Source: an uncultured Actinomycetes bacterium (lineage in GTDB: Bacteria > Actinomycetota > Thermoleophilia > UBA2241). From it: a DNA stretch of 64,000 nucleotides. Of this stretch, positions 63,650 to 64,000 are shown in pieces. Both the position numbers and the translations under genes were made by a program. The first letter of the stretch is position 1; every line of letters begins with the position of its first letter. The notes under the pieces are model-generated. The model ran no database searches and had not been told where the DNA came from. It worked only from the letters and a program-made list of their open reading frames with translations. The DNA lies in assembly GCA_963725665.1 (NCBI GenBank), contig CAVRZA010000004.1:352001-416000 (forward strand), given 5' to 3'.

Positions 63650-64000
63650 CTAGCGGGCCGCGCGAGCGCCGGCCTCGGGCGCGGCGTCACCAACGATCCT
63701 GGTGCCGGTCTCGCCGCGCAGCGCCGGTTCCACGTCGAGCAGGTTGGCGATGATCGCCGTGCCGCCGGCGCGGGTGAAGCGCAGACACGCCTCGACCTTG
63801 GGTCCCATGGAGCCGGCCTTGAAGTGACCGTCCGTCTGGTAGCGGGCCATCTCCGAGGCGCTCACGGTGTCGATGGGCGTCTGCTTCGGCGTGCCGTAGT
63901 CGATGTAGGCCTTTTCGACATCGGTGAGGATCAGCAGCACGTCGGCCTCGACGTCGGCGGCGAGCCGGGCCGCGGCCAGGTCCTTGTCGATGACCGCCTC
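63650..64000 (-). CDS. arcC: Carbamate kinase, 3' part (5' end outside the window)
   Basis: EAVIDKDLAA, LILTDV, GHFKAGSMGPKVEA, GETGTRI. Confidence 0.93.
   Translation of the reverse strand, partial: EAVIDKDLAAARLAADVEADVLLILTDVEKAYIDYGTPKQTPIDTVSASEMARYQTDGHFKAGSMGPKVEACLRFTRAGGTAIIANLLDVEPALRGETGTRIVGDAAPEAGARAAR

Overview
High-GC bacterial chromosome segment from a deep-branching actinobacterium; the 16S sequence looks Thermoleophilia-like, and the gene content suggests an anaerobe or facultative anaerobe. 1-19 kb is an accessory-rich region around thrS: three toxin-antitoxin pairs (GNAT/DUF1778, MenAT1-like, VapBC), a DUF2075 nuclease-helicase, IS630 and surface-protein remnants, and an MttB-family methyltransferase. 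Inserted between thrS and infC are a MarR-heliorhodopsin-NUDIX unit and a secreted seven-heme cytochrome c. 19-38 kb is core: L20 leader, infC-rpmI-rplT, TrmH-family methylase, pheST, argB-like/argR/argG/argH, mpg, NIF3-like, U32, PBP1 and tyrS. 38-44 kb is a complete 16S-23S-5S operon without tRNAs. 44-64 kb holds metabolic and regulatory genes: a second MttB, asparaginase II, orphan iscX, rhomboid, a two-component system, putA, a LysA-like/M20/VOC cluster and carbamate kinase. Many frameshifts at 6-16 kb, including in essential thrS, look like uncorrected long-read errors. Top leads: (1) an intact ArgB paralogue that lost its main catalytic and substrate-binding motifs but kept the arginine-allosteric signature, preceded by ARG boxes and an Arg-rich near-leaderless sORF, a candidate arginine-sensing module; (2) a heliorhodopsin with both conserved histidines replaced by Leu, behind a MarR gene with a palindromic operator; (3) a dense heptaheme cytochrome on an Ig-like stalk. 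All family calls come from motif recognition by eye; no database searches were run.
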